A DNA stretch of 64,000 nt from a virus (lineage: Duplodnaviria; Caudoviricetes), in the IMG/VR virus record IMGVR_UViG_3300028800_000092, positions 1,703 through 65,702 of that record; one strand, 5' to 3'. Of this stretch, positions 29,801 to 38,085 are shown piece by piece. Under the pieces are notes generated by a model. That model ran no database searches. It saw only the letters and a program-made list of their open reading frames with translations, and had not been told where the DNA came from. The position numbers and the translations under genes are program-made. Position 1 is the first letter of the stretch, and each line of letters starts with the position of its first letter.

Positions 29801-30677
29801 TACCCCGAAGATGGCCTACATGGTCGCGCTACCGATCATCGCCGGTTACTACGGTGCCATGTATCAAACGCTCCGTACCGGCCAGTGGCCCCAAAAGCCC
29901 CTTGACTACTTCTACCCCCAGACCGGTGAAGCCGCTGTCGGTGGTAAGCCAGAACGCGTCGCAGTCCCCAGCTACATGAAAGACGTGTTCAGCTATGAGC
30001 ACAGTGTCACTGGCACCCTCGTGAACAAGCTGCACCCGGCTATCCAGCAAATGTACCAACTCTGGACAAACAAGGACTTCTACGGGACCGAGATCGTGCA
30101 TCCTGGCGATTCCTTCTTCGATAAACGTATGGCACAAGTCAAGTATCTTGGGCGGCAGTTGGCCCCTGGCTCCCTGGCGTTCGAGAACTACCAGCGACGT
30201 AAGGAGGCCACGGGCTCCGCCTTCGAAGGCGGCTTCGAGTCATTCATGGGAATCACCCCGGCCCCTGCCTACGTGGGTTCGACGCCCGCCGAGGACCTCG
30301 CCTACCAGCTCACATATCACAGTAACGTACAGACCCCGGCGCAAGCCGAGCACTACCACAACGTGGATAAGATCAGGAACCTATATGCTACCGGTAAGCT
30401 AAAGGATGAAGAGCTCGACTCGGCCCTGGAGAAAGGCCTCATCACAGGCAAGGACCTGAACCGAATCGTGGAGGAGTCCAACGAGTCTCCATTAGTCCGC
30501 CACTTCAAGAGCCCAACCATCACCCTCCCCGATGCCCTGAACATCTATCGCATCTCCAACGAGCAGGAGCGCGTAGAGCTCCAGCCCTACATGTACAAGA
30601 AACTAAACTCTTTAGAAAAGTACCCCGAGCCACAGCAGGAGGAACTAGAGAAAGAGTTCGAGGAGCTAGTTAAATGA
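23838..30677 (+). CDS. Giant ejection / polyvalent protein (2279 aa)
   Basis: YTLPGG.NYRE...AHVR..DR...LFVEEVQSDWHQ...APF...GYDKVAW module; zincin-like AAHEFGH...E.FA; helical C-terminal region. Confidence 0.8.
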   Translation: MAITPPQFPNDTDPNEVMSLWDQISKHQKFTSLGPQEQSAFRQQFFRQNVLGNNAFKQYGREKPQDMENFSRAFFAPETQAIAKMAGRAQAVQDLYPQTFAEHFTKSPIPMALNAAGLPTSMDIPEEHYIARGVAHVAENLLTPVNTALGAATAGAGGVLGEGGTLFGQSVKGLGLSARAVRGVQAAASTGFAAQMGEGTIESAEQIKALHRLASQAEAAGDHEAAGHYRNLRNQAIVEGTANLGMFAASAKHGYTEGKSAYLDNPTFEEAQKLRNLGYADPNNFSVNDAARAIKGRFVTPYAPAPAEYPEPTKAQKATDQLGTLSQIETALNQVTGTGTMKRVELRKMEKLLGLDELKYHNLTDDQQQALQSIEPGARTDLMFNMFVRDRIGERLKGLRDEAIKRATPETPTPSPAGTIHATQLEDVAQTVGKGAAVDLLKKAVKDRTDLAPDQQAELYIRALATYILTPEGEGASPLDAATKLINEKSQINPQDTKTEAGTPPVGAATAAPQQPLAQGPEKVNTPVTTDLNPADELAAKKAISDAIRANASLTGPQRMSLAKQYINRYRDLVHSGHENPLGEVMRHLNPKEFGMPALNFRSKAEELARNEPRIPEKASGDQMLRSLVNAGVSPEEIKWTGLDTFLREKGKTSKSEVAEYLANNRVTIEEISKSETNAQTPLAQEYARHRERAGALAAHLYTAINDIDQQINHEEYGPAHAAKWRLRIENHMEFREPDSDFASLTELPRNVAPRSLTLHKLLLEVADAQKELKEHDAWIQANAGDVFTDLPTYEQYTLPGGSNYREVLFQRPMSEAAVRVDSANRAGRPGAPEDIDEWKGVYRGPHFNELNVLAHVRLKDRVTPDGKKVLFVEEVQSDWHQHGKGSGYAVPGALDAATEELHSKRNEIAKHWNGAKQYISELPDLLRTALERITGTQFRPESGFEPARTRTALGLLEHPSELRATAYHKKIGSLDHISDTDMAHFADGLRSYVERANDATDLEQELESKFYRLQGAPPDAPFKSNWHELVMRRVLQMATEGGYDKVAWTTGEQQAARYGEHIQGEAHGFLYDTVIPQYLNKFGKRFGARVGTTDIETRPGVMAPKPEGGFAYEGNETAKVHSLDITPELRAAPQVKRPYTFGMPSRETRFEQHREISQVLERAAQKSVETSGMDLHYEGSMDGLTYYTDPVTGSTLAQEHREAASGPESVRAHVLESRAKFERYAAAKAKGASAMPERWIDRIPGTLRPILKRMPGLTNALFDMTPDRAIRILAANVNPALRDAMLVAKTDLFAGTYDSMRELGLYKPMNETSRAAIKVRARGKLERWLLNNELTMDQVAAHEFGHRLFDKYGPTLRSGLNLYKFYPKAVDEVVKLYGDRWDGLTEYERQHERFANAFAHYYMGLEGDSAGFARALNNLPTSVRATAMALEGQGSMFESPHGAYRLSDLQYRSAIGIPNMGMPPRNPIASLGRALSDEEVAKVTGRKYTGELRRDKVALDYQLRGWIKKFSGYGLNDYLNFMDIADDRTGQTSLAAMAPEDRNIVSQLRDMVKERRDIIEQQGYADTTNWVNEYWPRLFKGQTGNTALARIMGTRAPLAGSKRFMKATSHPTAREAVLNGAEPITYNPVEHMLATLYEMDKYIKANEWKLELKDKGVTEWYKGSTPGRHQGVPADWVRINDSIFNPWRKTASGELAPAGAWYAHKDAAKIINNYLAPGLRGNRVFDAVREYGNTLNQAQLAWSGFHLAFEAINTSMNDLALGMDKTFHLSGGQTLDGLKLMGRAFIPLASFAHQYRLGDLIKSEYRDAGSNPHLTNLTNWLSEAGGAVEQDPFWRQDGIKQMKRAWKDANFSTGKGVASYASLFPKAFKAFNEGSSYLVMDHIVPRLKAGAFADLASAKLRDLDARGITDRTYIAQEMDKVWDSIDNRMGQLVYDNLHWNRTVKDLAMLSVRSVGWNIGTFREAVGTTGNPGALLDTLQFLRGKGAFTPKMAYMVALPIIAGYYGAMYQTLRTGQWPQKPLDYFYPQTGEAAVGGKPERVAVPSYMKDVFSYEHSVTGTLVNKLHPAIQQMYQLWTNKDFYGTEIVHPGDSFFDKRMAQVKYLGRQLAPGSLAFENYQRRKEATGSAFEGGFESFMGITPAPAYVGSTPAEDLAYQLTYHSNVQTPAQAEHYHNVDKIRNLYATGKLKDEELDSALEKGLITGKDLNRIVEESNESPLVRHFKSPTITLPDALNIYRISNEQERVELQPYMYKKLNSLEKYPEPQQEELEKEFEELVK

Positions 30678-31387
30678 AACACCGCGACACTGTCATATAC
30701 AAATACCGCAAGTCCTTCGAGGACTATACACATAATACCGCCACCGTCCGGACCTACAGACTCTACTGTGCCTGCCTAGCGCGGTTCTTCGCGCTGTTCT
30801 GGTTCCGGGCAGAGCCGGACCACGTCACTAGTTTCGACGTGAAGGACTACATCATTCGCCGTCAGCGCCAAGGTCGAGCCAACAGTACCATTAACTATGA
30901 GCTCTCCGTGCTCAGATGCTTCTGGAACTGGTTAATGGAGCACGACGTGGCGAGCGCTAACCCGTTTGCTAGTGTCATACTTGACACAGTGCCTACAAAC
31001 CACACCCCTGTCACGGAGGATACATATAGAGCTATACTTGAATCCTGCGAGTTACCTGTAGAGCGGCTCCTCATTACCTTAATGGCCGCGACGCCATTGA
31101 ACGGGACCGAGCTGTCCGCTCTTGACTGGAGCGATATAGACCTACAGTCTAGCACTATATTAGTCCGAGACAAGTACATCCCCCTACGCCCGCAGGAGGT
31201 TACATTCCTCCGTGAATTCAAATCCTTCGGTCGCGTGTTCGCGGAGTATGCGAACAATCAACGTATGCTACTGGCCAAGTTCCGGCGCATTACGCAGCGC
31301 GCCGGATTCATAGGCGTAACCCAGAAGGCCCTCAAGGATGGTTACGTACGTATGTTATTCCGAGCGGGAGAGACCGTAACCGTCTAA
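30674..31387 (+). CDS. Tyrosine-recombinase-like protein, catalytic residues degenerate
   Basis: Core-binding domain (T...Y...L..F; STINYELSVLRCFWNWL...NP); TPLNGTELSALDWSDIDL lacks catalytic R; no HxxR or terminal Tyr. Confidence 0.75.
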   Translation: MKHRDTVIYKYRKSFEDYTHNTATVRTYRLYCACLARFFALFWFRAEPDHVTSFDVKDYIIRRQRQGRANSTINYELSVLRCFWNWLMEHDVASANPFASVILDTVPTNHTPVTEDTYRAILESCELPVERLLITLMAATPLNGTELSALDWSDIDLQSSTILVRDKYIPLRPQEVTFLREFKSFGRVFAEYANNQRMLLAKFRRITQRAGFIGVTQKALKDGYVRMLFRAGETVTV

Positions 31388-31405
31388 GTGAACCCCAGAA
31401 ACACG

Positions 31406-31436
31406 AAAGCCCTACCGTGATTGGTAGGGCTTTTTT
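31406..31436 (+). terminator. Intrinsic terminator at convergence of the two transcription arms, probably bidirectional
   Basis: AAAGCCCTACC-GTGATT-GGTAGGGCTTTTTT. Confidence 0.85.
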
Positions 31437-31455
31437 GTGCGTTCAGGTTGGCTAT

Positions 31456-31962
31456 TTATTTGGCTATATGCGCTAGCACCTTAGCTCGCATATACTCTAA
31501 TCCTACATCGTCTCCTGTTATAGAGAGATTAGGATTCGCGGCGCGTCTAAATGTACTGTCCAACGCCCGCGCTTCATCTTCGGTTTGTACTCGAAGTTCT
31601 TGTGTATAGGGTGCAACACGCTCAATAAATACATTATATGTAGAGAACTCGTGCTCTAGTTCGAATATAACTTTGTTGAGCGCCCAAGAGTAGTCTTTAC
31701 CACAACCGTAGATTAGACCAGCGGCAAGGGGTTGGTCTGCTATAGCATAATCAACCTTGCCCTCCAATCGCTTAATCCAATCATAGTGCAACCCGGTCAA
31801 GAGCACCTGATTATCTAGGCTTCGTCCGTCGTAGATAAAGTGCCGAGCCGGTTCCCCTACAAGTTCCACAGAGTGCCCAAGGCGCTTTAGGTGGTAGTAC
31901 AGAAATGCAGCCGCGGTAGATTTACCTGCCCCCGGTCCGCCAAAGAATTGAAACAGTAACAC
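31456..31962 (-). CDS. P-loop kinase (NadR/AAA_28-like)
   Basis: GGPGAGKST, VELVGE.AR, IADQPL, R.QTEDEA. Confidence 0.8.
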   Translation of the reverse strand: MLLFQFFGGPGAGKSTAAAFLYYHLKRLGHSVELVGEPARHFIYDGRSLDNQVLLTGLHYDWIKRLEGKVDYAIADQPLAAGLIYGCGKDYSWALNKVIFELEHEFSTYNVFIERVAPYTQELRVQTEDEARALDSTFRRAANPNLSITGDDVGLEYMRAKVLAHIAK

Positions 31963-32207
31963 TAATATACGTCTCCGTTTTCCTTGATCTTAGTGTCCTC
32001 GTACGGAGCCACTATGCGCCGGTAGAGCTCTAGCTTACAGCACTCTAAGGCACCAATGGCATCGGCGAAGGTACGATACCTAGGTTGTGGTCCAAGGTAA
32101 CTTAGCACAACTTGTGTAAGACAATAGTTAAGCGCCCCCGGATTACCCGGCTCTAGGTTATCAGATATCTCTAGTGTCTTACGTTCTTCCTTCGTTATGT
32201 ACGGCAT
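31962..32207 (-). CDS. Conserved phage protein (DUF6899-like)
   Basis: MPYI...GALNY...GALECCKLELYRR..APYED.KI.ENGDV. Confidence 0.75.
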   Translation of the reverse strand: MPYITKEERKTLEISDNLEPGNPGALNYCLTQVVLSYLGPQPRYRTFADAIGALECCKLELYRRIVAPYEDTKIKENGDVY

Positions 32208-32574
32208 CTTTCACCCTATCGTCCATCTCCGGATGCGTTCTAGTAAACTCCATTAACGTGAAGCAGCCCCAAGCGGCGTGGCACAAATGGGTCAAGCCGG
32301 ACTCGGGGTCCAGGTCCTCCCCTCTCCAAAAGGCCCACAGGTGCCGCATGATCGCTGCGAAGATACGACCCCACTTGAATCCGCCCCGCCAGTTGTTGTC
32401 TGCATACTTCTGTGCCCCGAAGGTGTATACTTGAGCTAGCTGACTGAGCGGCCACTCAGGTACAAGATCGTACCTGAGTTTTCCGGTGTCGTGCTTAATT
32501 CCCGAGGGGGTACAAGTAGTGTCGCCAGAGGATTGCAAGGGCGTCTTCTGTAGTTTCACAGTAATGGGACACAC
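32179..32574 (-). CDS. dATP/dGTP diphosphohydrolase domain (DUF5664-like)
   Basis: GIKHDTGKLRYDLVP, GAQKY...NW..G, RHL..F..GED.DPESGL.HL.HA; true start probably downstream of 32574. Confidence 0.85.
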   Translation of the reverse strand: MCPITVKLQKTPLQSSGDTTCTPSGIKHDTGKLRYDLVPEWPLSQLAQVYTFGAQKYADNNWRGGFKWGRIFAAIMRHLWAFWRGEDLDPESGLTHLCHAAWGCFTLMEFTRTHPEMDDRVKDAVHNEGRT

Positions 32575-32959
32575 ACTCCTTTACAAAGGGATGGTTACGC
32601 ATAAGCAAATTGTCGCTACTGGCCACGGCAACTACAGGCGTATGCTTCTCCCACGCCCACGCTAGTTCCATAATTGTTCCGGTTAAGGGCCGCTCGGAGC
32701 CGAAACGCTCTAGGTGTACAAGTATCACATCCGCGGCACTAACGTCCGCGTAGTCGCGTTGAATGATATCGCGACTAGTCAACGCCGGGTCCGTGATACC
32801 CCCGTCCTTACTGGTCTTGGCAAGGTTCTCTTTGCCGCGCATGGGTGAGAGTACCGTAGCTCGGGCTGACAGAACCGGCGCTACCTGCTCCCGCCACTTC
32901 AACGACTCCGGGTGCTCGGTACTAATGAGTCCCGCTAAATAAATACAAGGTTTACCCAC
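32495..32959 (-). CDS. Nucleoside 2-deoxyribosyltransferase / nucleotide hydrolase-like
   Basis: IYLAG, WR, SPMR, RD..DV..ADV, GT.MEL.WA; GTG start after GGAGG. Confidence 0.8.
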   Translation of the reverse strand: MGKPCIYLAGLISTEHPESLKWREQVAPVLSARATVLSPMRGKENLAKTSKDGGITDPALTSRDIIQRDYADVSAADVILVHLERFGSERPLTGTIMELAWAWEKHTPVVAVASSDNLLMRNHPFVKECVSHYCETTEDALAILWRHYLYPLGN

Positions 32960-33749
32960 CGTATACTTTCCCTCCGTAACTACACTTCCCGCCGATACAT
33001 ATAACGGGATATACATTAAACGTACCGTCGCCACGGAACTCTACCACTCCAAATCCATTCAACCACGCTGTAGGCTTATTGCGAAGGTAGCCGGGGTTCA
33101 CGTTCCCAAGGATTGGCATACACCAGCTCTGCCACTTTTGCGTCTCATCATGCGGCAGCACCTTTGTGAAGCTCTGCGGACTATGAACGTGTCCGTACAC
33201 TACATTCGCGCAGTAGCTCTCGACGGCCTTCTTACTATGCATTACCCCTGCTTGATTGCCGATTCCAGTAAGTGTCTCGCCGTGGATAAATGTAAGGAAG
33301 CCTTTCTTAAAAGACTTACCGCACGGGACGAACTGCCATCCTCGCTCACTAAGTTCCAACGAGCCTGGGCTATCAGAATATAGGCTCGGGCCACGTTGAA
33401 TTCCATCGAGTTCCGGTTGTTCTTCGACAAGCTGTTGCTCCCAGTTGTCGTGATTGCCCTCAATCCAAACTTTCGTGATATCGCCCAATAGGCCATCCAA
33501 CGGGTCAAGCACCTTCTTAACAAACTGTTCCTCTTCCTTCTTGTAGGCTCCCTTGTCCCGGAGCATCGGTTTCCCGCGAGTATGGTGGCTGATGCAGTCA
33601 TTACTGAACTGGTCCCCACCGAATATGAACCCATCGACATCGTTCTGTTCAATGAACGACAGGAGCGCTTTATATGTACTCCAGTCCGTATGCGGAAAGT
33701 GCATATCGTAACAGAGGACGTACGTTTCTTGCTTCTGCTTATTTGGCAT
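32952..33749 (-). CDS. Calcineurin-like metallophosphoesterase
   Basis: DMHFP, GGD, EGNHD, HG, GHVH. Confidence 0.85.
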   Translation of the reverse strand: MPNKQKQETYVLCYDMHFPHTDWSTYKALLSFIEQNDVDGFIFGGDQFSNDCISHHTRGKPMLRDKGAYKKEEEQFVKKVLDPLDGLLGDITKVWIEGNHDNWEQQLVEEQPELDGIQRGPSLYSDSPGSLELSERGWQFVPCGKSFKKGFLTFIHGETLTGIGNQAGVMHSKKAVESYCANVVYGHVHSPQSFTKVLPHDETQKWQSWCMPILGNVNPGYLRNKPTAWLNGFGVVEFRGDGTFNVYPVICIGGKCSYGGKVYGG

Positions 33750-33751
33750 AG

Positions 33752-34915
33752 TTATCGACCAACTCGTTGATACATACCTGAAACGAGTTTAATTTCCTTT
33801 GACATAAGTAGTGACGTTAATGCCCTCTCGACCTCTTGGGCGGGAGCGAAGTTCCGCAGCGCCCGGTGAATTGTGACGGGGTTCGTAGGTTGGTTTCCCA
33901 CGGCTTCAAATACTTTAGCTAGCAACTTGCCCGCCGGGCTAAATGGAACTACTACTTCCTGGAGCCTACGGGAACTATAGTTATATAGTTCAATCGCGCA
34001 CTCGATGTCCTCTTTAGTAATCGAGTTCCGCAACGACGAGATCGCCAGAAGCATCGAGAGCCGTAAGACGAATTCCCCCGCCCTGGCTGAGAACGGACTT
34101 AAGGCACCAGTTAAAGGCATCTGCGTCTGATACCATATTGAATACGCGTCCCGTGCCGTGGGGTTGTGATACCCCATCGGGCCATGATGTAAGTCGGAAG
34201 CTAGCAGGAACGTCCGCTTCACTTCATCGCGTTGTTTCTCTATCTCTATCCATTCTTTTGCACTCAATGCGGTCTTAGGGTCCGCTACCCTTTGCCGTTT
34301 GTGGTCCTCTTTGACAATAAGGAAACGTGCCAAGAAACCACCAGTCGCAGCGCTGTCAGGTAGCTGATCTTGGAGCCATTCAACGGTGCTACCACCAGTG
34401 ACAGCCACACTAGGGTTCTTAACGATAATAATGTCAGAGCTCCTAGTACGGCGTTCAACAGTAGGCTCATAATCAAGCAACTGTGTAACATACGGAATCA
34501 TTCCTTCCATGTACTTGCTGCGGGAAAAGAAGTTCGCCAGTTCGCTGGCAAAGATCATCGCGTGCGGGTCCACTGAAAGATCGTCATGCAGCTTCTCCGG
34601 CGTCGCTGCTCCGTTCACGAACTGCGGCTTGAGCTCTACAGGTAGGGAGTCCAGGAGCGGCTTCCCTATCTTGAGAATGGACGTAGACTTGCCAATACCA
34701 CTAGGTCCAATAAGAAGAAGATTAACCATTGGGAAAAGGGTATGCGCGTCTTGGTCAAACCATACCTTACGACCGAGAGCAGCACCCAACATAGACATGC
34801 TGCTAAACAACATGTACGCGTTTGGCGGTTCTGCGGTCGGGAACGCCTCGACCCACTTTCGGAATAAAGACTCTCTAGGAACTTTTTTTACGATTCCCAG
34901 GTCTGGGTTTAGCAT
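33752..34915 (-). CDS. DUF3987-like P-loop ATPase, probable replicative helicase
   Basis: LIGPSGIGKST, TPEKL, FASEL, GGFLARF; winged-helix-like C-terminus. Confidence 0.75.
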   Translation of the reverse strand: MLNPDLGIVKKVPRESLFRKWVEAFPTAEPPNAYMLFSSMSMLGAALGRKVWFDQDAHTLFPMVNLLLIGPSGIGKSTSILKIGKPLLDSLPVELKPQFVNGAATPEKLHDDLSVDPHAMIFASELANFFSRSKYMEGMIPYVTQLLDYEPTVERRTRSSDIIIVKNPSVAVTGGSTVEWLQDQLPDSAATGGFLARFLIVKEDHKRQRVADPKTALSAKEWIEIEKQRDEVKRTFLLASDLHHGPMGYHNPTARDAYSIWYQTQMPLTGALSPFSARAGEFVLRLSMLLAISSLRNSITKEDIECAIELYNYSSRRLQEVVVPFSPAGKLLAKVFEAVGNQPTNPVTIHRALRNFAPAQEVERALTSLLMSKEIKLVSGMYQRVGR

Positions 34916-34992
34916 TACTCTCCAAGATGGCCTTTTGGAGACGGCGCAACCGTCTCCAATCGGCCTGACTTAGTATCTCAAACGGTTCGAGC

Positions 34993-35307
34993 TTAGTTAA
35001 TAAGCACGTCGGGGGGGGCACTGGCATCAGCCTTCTGGGTCTCTAGGCTCTTCTTCGCGGCGCTCCGGGCTTCATTGAAGCGAACCGCTTCGGCCATTCT
35101 CATGTCGGCGTTCGTAGCGAGTTCCTCTACATGAAACCGTTCCGTTACATGAAACAGCCCCTTCTCGCCCTGTACTGGTCGGCGGACCAGAACGGTCAGG
35201 CCCGACAGGTCCGGGAATTCCGAGGTCTCTTTCGTGTCATCGACCCGGAGCACTACGACTGGCTCCTCTGTAGTTCGAATGAAAACAAGATCAGTTGCTT
35301 TAATCAC
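34993..35307 (-). CDS. Hypothetical protein
   Basis: RBS-like AGAGGG; small beta domain plus helix. Confidence 0.55.
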   Translation of the reverse strand: MIKATDLVFIRTTEEPVVVLRVDDTKETSEFPDLSGLTVLVRRPVQGEKGLFHVTERFHVEELATNADMRMAEAVRFNEARSAAKKSLETQKADASAPPDVLIN

Positions 35308-35442
35308 TATTTCCCTCTCTTAGGTTCATGGCATCGGCACTTACACAGCGGTTCAATAACCGTAAGCGACCGACTGTTATAGTTAAGTATACGTCCGTCA
35401 CATAGTTCACAGTGCCCGTCTTCACACGGGCGGCTAATTTCT

Positions 35443-37920
35443 CTACTTACCATACTCTTCACATTCCCCCCAACTAGGCCCAACCTTGATGCCGATGGGG
35501 ATACTAAATCCCCCAAGCTGCGGCCACGCTTGCTCCATGACTGTCTTGACTGTATGAATCAAGTCGTCCTCGATCTCCGGAGGATATTCAAATAGCAAGC
35601 TATCGTGAACTTGAAGCAATAGTTCCGCCGGCCTCGGTAGTGGGATAACAACCTGGGCGACCCTCTGCGCAAGCTCCAGAGGCCACGCTATTCTCTCGTA
35701 CATCAGGGCTATCATAGCCCTGAAGATTATATCCGCGGCGGTTGACTGCGGCAGAAACGACAGACTCTCCGTGAAGTATGAGGATGTGTAGAACCACCGC
35801 TTCCGCCCAAAGGGGGTCGTTAATACACTGTCTCTCTTTGCGCGCTCGGCGCACGAGTTCTGCCAAGTGATCGTTGCTCGGATGGCGCTTTTCCATTTGT
35901 CGTGAAGTTCCTTAGTTTCCTTTAGATCAAGGTCATTGATAAGGGCGATTTTCTTTGAGCCCTCGCCGTAGTTCGTTCCGTGAACAATGCGCTTCGCTTT
36001 AATGTAAGGGGACTCGTTGTCACTAGATTTCTCTACTTCGTCGTAGGGGACTCCCATGAAGAGGCTAGCCGCATACTTATGCTCACTGAACTTAGGGTCT
36101 CGTACGAAACGTTCAAGACGCTCGTGATCTCCTGCAAAGTAGGCGGTAAGTCGGTTTTCAATTTGAGAGTAATCGACTTCAAGTATTTTCCATCCGGCAT
36201 GGGACGGCACGTAAATGAATCGAGTTGACTCTGGGATATTCTGGAGATTAGGGTCCGAAGAACTGAGTCGTCCAGATGCGGTCCCGTGTACATTAAAGTG
36301 AGGATACATTCGTTTAACATGTACCATCTCCTCTTTGCAAAATGTGGTTACAAGTTCATCCCACCGGTTGAGCTGCTTAAGTGCCAAGATGCCACGATTC
36401 TTGGAACGGCGGAACAACTTATCAAGCGCCACTTTACCTGTAGTGATCGCGTTGTCTTTCTTAACATCATACTGTACCTCAAGTCCAAGTTGCCACGGTT
36501 CATCTGTTCCATATAGGAACTTCTGTTTCTTTTGACTAGAGCGCCAAGGAACTACAGTTTCCTCAGCGGGCTTCATAATGAACTTGAGTGGCTTCCCCGT
36601 CTTAGGCGAAAGCGTTCCGGGAGGCGCAGGTTCGCGCTTGTTAACCGGAACGGTATGCGTTCGCATCTCAGGAGGCAGGTACTCCTCCTCTTTCGCCATT
36701 GACAGCTTGAGCTCGCCGCGAACCTTTTCGATATTCTTAGCGTCTACCGCGAAGCCCCGCTTGTGCATACTGAGACAGATACGGGCCAGCGGGACCTGAG
36801 TAAATTTATATAGTTCTTCCAGTTGGAATTGACGGACCAGTGGCAAAAGTTGCTTGAAACTCTGGAACGTAACGTCAACGTCGCGGGCACAGTAGACTTC
36901 CTCGCTCTCACCCTTCTTGAACTTCCAGCGACCCTTGCTAGTGAACTGGCTCCCAAGGAACTCTAGGTCATGAGGGAACGTCGGGAAACATAGATGCTGA
37001 AGCAGCATCGTGTCCCAGACCTGCGCCGCAGGGTTTACCTTAACTTCATTGTCCGCAAGAACTGGGATATCAAACTGGAGTACATTGTGCCCGATGACTG
37101 AAGTGGCATCTCGAAATATCCTCTTGAGCTCCGGGATGTAGGCTCCAGTAAACGGAACAACAAGTACGTGGTACGGCCGGTCAGATATACCGACCATCTT
37201 CACTTTCCCGGTCCAGCCCCAAGTCTCAATATCAAAACAGAACTCGGTGGCCTTGAAGTTCCGGACGGTCTCTAGTTCCGGGAACGGGTCATAGTATTCG
37301 GGCGGAGCGACTAACCCTTTACGTAAATCATTGACTACACAGGGTATTAGCTCTTGGTCCCTGGCGATGTAGGCCGGATGCAATGTAGGTATTGCAATAG
37401 ACTTTTCCCCGAGTTCAGGTACGCTAACGGGGCTTCCCCGCCATGCAAAGATACCTTCAGGTCTTTCCGCGACGAACTCAAGAGCTTTGTCCCCAATAAG
37501 ATCAATTCGAGTCCAAGGAAAGCTATGCAGGACCGGATGAACGTGGGCCTTGAGGCAGTGCTGGACACTCTTTAGTCCGTCCTCTTTTGAAATATATGCG
37601 CGGGCGTCCGGGTCTGTAGGGAAATCATTGTCCGGTGGACGACACTGAATAACGTTACAGAGGGATACGTCGTCCATTCGTGCGCCCGCTTTGCTATAAA
37701 AGGTCCTAAGCCAATTACCGGAACCGCCCACGAAGGGCTCTCCGAGTAAGCTCTCTGTTTCACCTGGTGCTTCCCCTATCCCGAGTCGCTTAGTCCCCCG
37801 CATCTTCGGGGGGACAAAGTTATTGTTCGGGAACTTATCGCGCATCGGGCAGCCCGAACACGCGGAGACCTCTCCTACTTTCTTAGGAGAGGAAATTGAA
37901 ACTGAAGGTTCCGTCGGCAT
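35443..37920 (-). CDS. polA: Family A DNA polymerase with N-terminal family-4 uracil-DNA glycosylase domain and 3'-5' exonuclease
   Basis: UDG: CSGCP, GEAPG, CRPP, HPAY; Exo: FDIET, GHN..FD, YCARD; Pol: SGRLSSSDPNLQNIP, DYSQIE, KRIVHGTNYG, QVHDS. Confidence 0.93.
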   Translation of the reverse strand: MPTEPSVSISSPKKVGEVSACSGCPMRDKFPNNNFVPPKMRGTKRLGIGEAPGETESLLGEPFVGGSGNWLRTFYSKAGARMDDVSLCNVIQCRPPDNDFPTDPDARAYISKEDGLKSVQHCLKAHVHPVLHSFPWTRIDLIGDKALEFVAERPEGIFAWRGSPVSVPELGEKSIAIPTLHPAYIARDQELIPCVVNDLRKGLVAPPEYYDPFPELETVRNFKATEFCFDIETWGWTGKVKMVGISDRPYHVLVVPFTGAYIPELKRIFRDATSVIGHNVLQFDIPVLADNEVKVNPAAQVWDTMLLQHLCFPTFPHDLEFLGSQFTSKGRWKFKKGESEEVYCARDVDVTFQSFKQLLPLVRQFQLEELYKFTQVPLARICLSMHKRGFAVDAKNIEKVRGELKLSMAKEEEYLPPEMRTHTVPVNKREPAPPGTLSPKTGKPLKFIMKPAEETVVPWRSSQKKQKFLYGTDEPWQLGLEVQYDVKKDNAITTGKVALDKLFRRSKNRGILALKQLNRWDELVTTFCKEEMVHVKRMYPHFNVHGTASGRLSSSDPNLQNIPESTRFIYVPSHAGWKILEVDYSQIENRLTAYFAGDHERLERFVRDPKFSEHKYAASLFMGVPYDEVEKSSDNESPYIKAKRIVHGTNYGEGSKKIALINDLDLKETKELHDKWKSAIRATITWQNSCAERAKRDSVLTTPFGRKRWFYTSSYFTESLSFLPQSTAADIIFRAMIALMYERIAWPLELAQRVAQVVIPLPRPAELLLQVHDSLLFEYPPEIEDDLIHTVKTVMEQAWPQLGGFSIPIGIKVGPSWGECEEYGK

Positions 37921-38085
37921 TAGTCCTTAAGCGGGAGCGCAAGCACTCCGGGCAGTACGGGTTCATGATCTTGTGCCAAGTGGACGGGGACATTTGCGTA
38001 TTCGCCTTCATTACTTCAAGTGTCCTCGGTGTGTAATAAACAGTATCAGTGCGGTCAGTAATAGAAACCCCCAGATCGTGTCCAA

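Noticed and set aside
30674-31387. Functional integrase / prophage boundary
   Set aside because: Catalytic residues missing; no att site, repressor or host genes seen
32179-32574. Evidence for a 2-aminoadenine (Z) genome
   Set aside because: No purZ-like gene in the window; the hydrolase alone is not diagnostic
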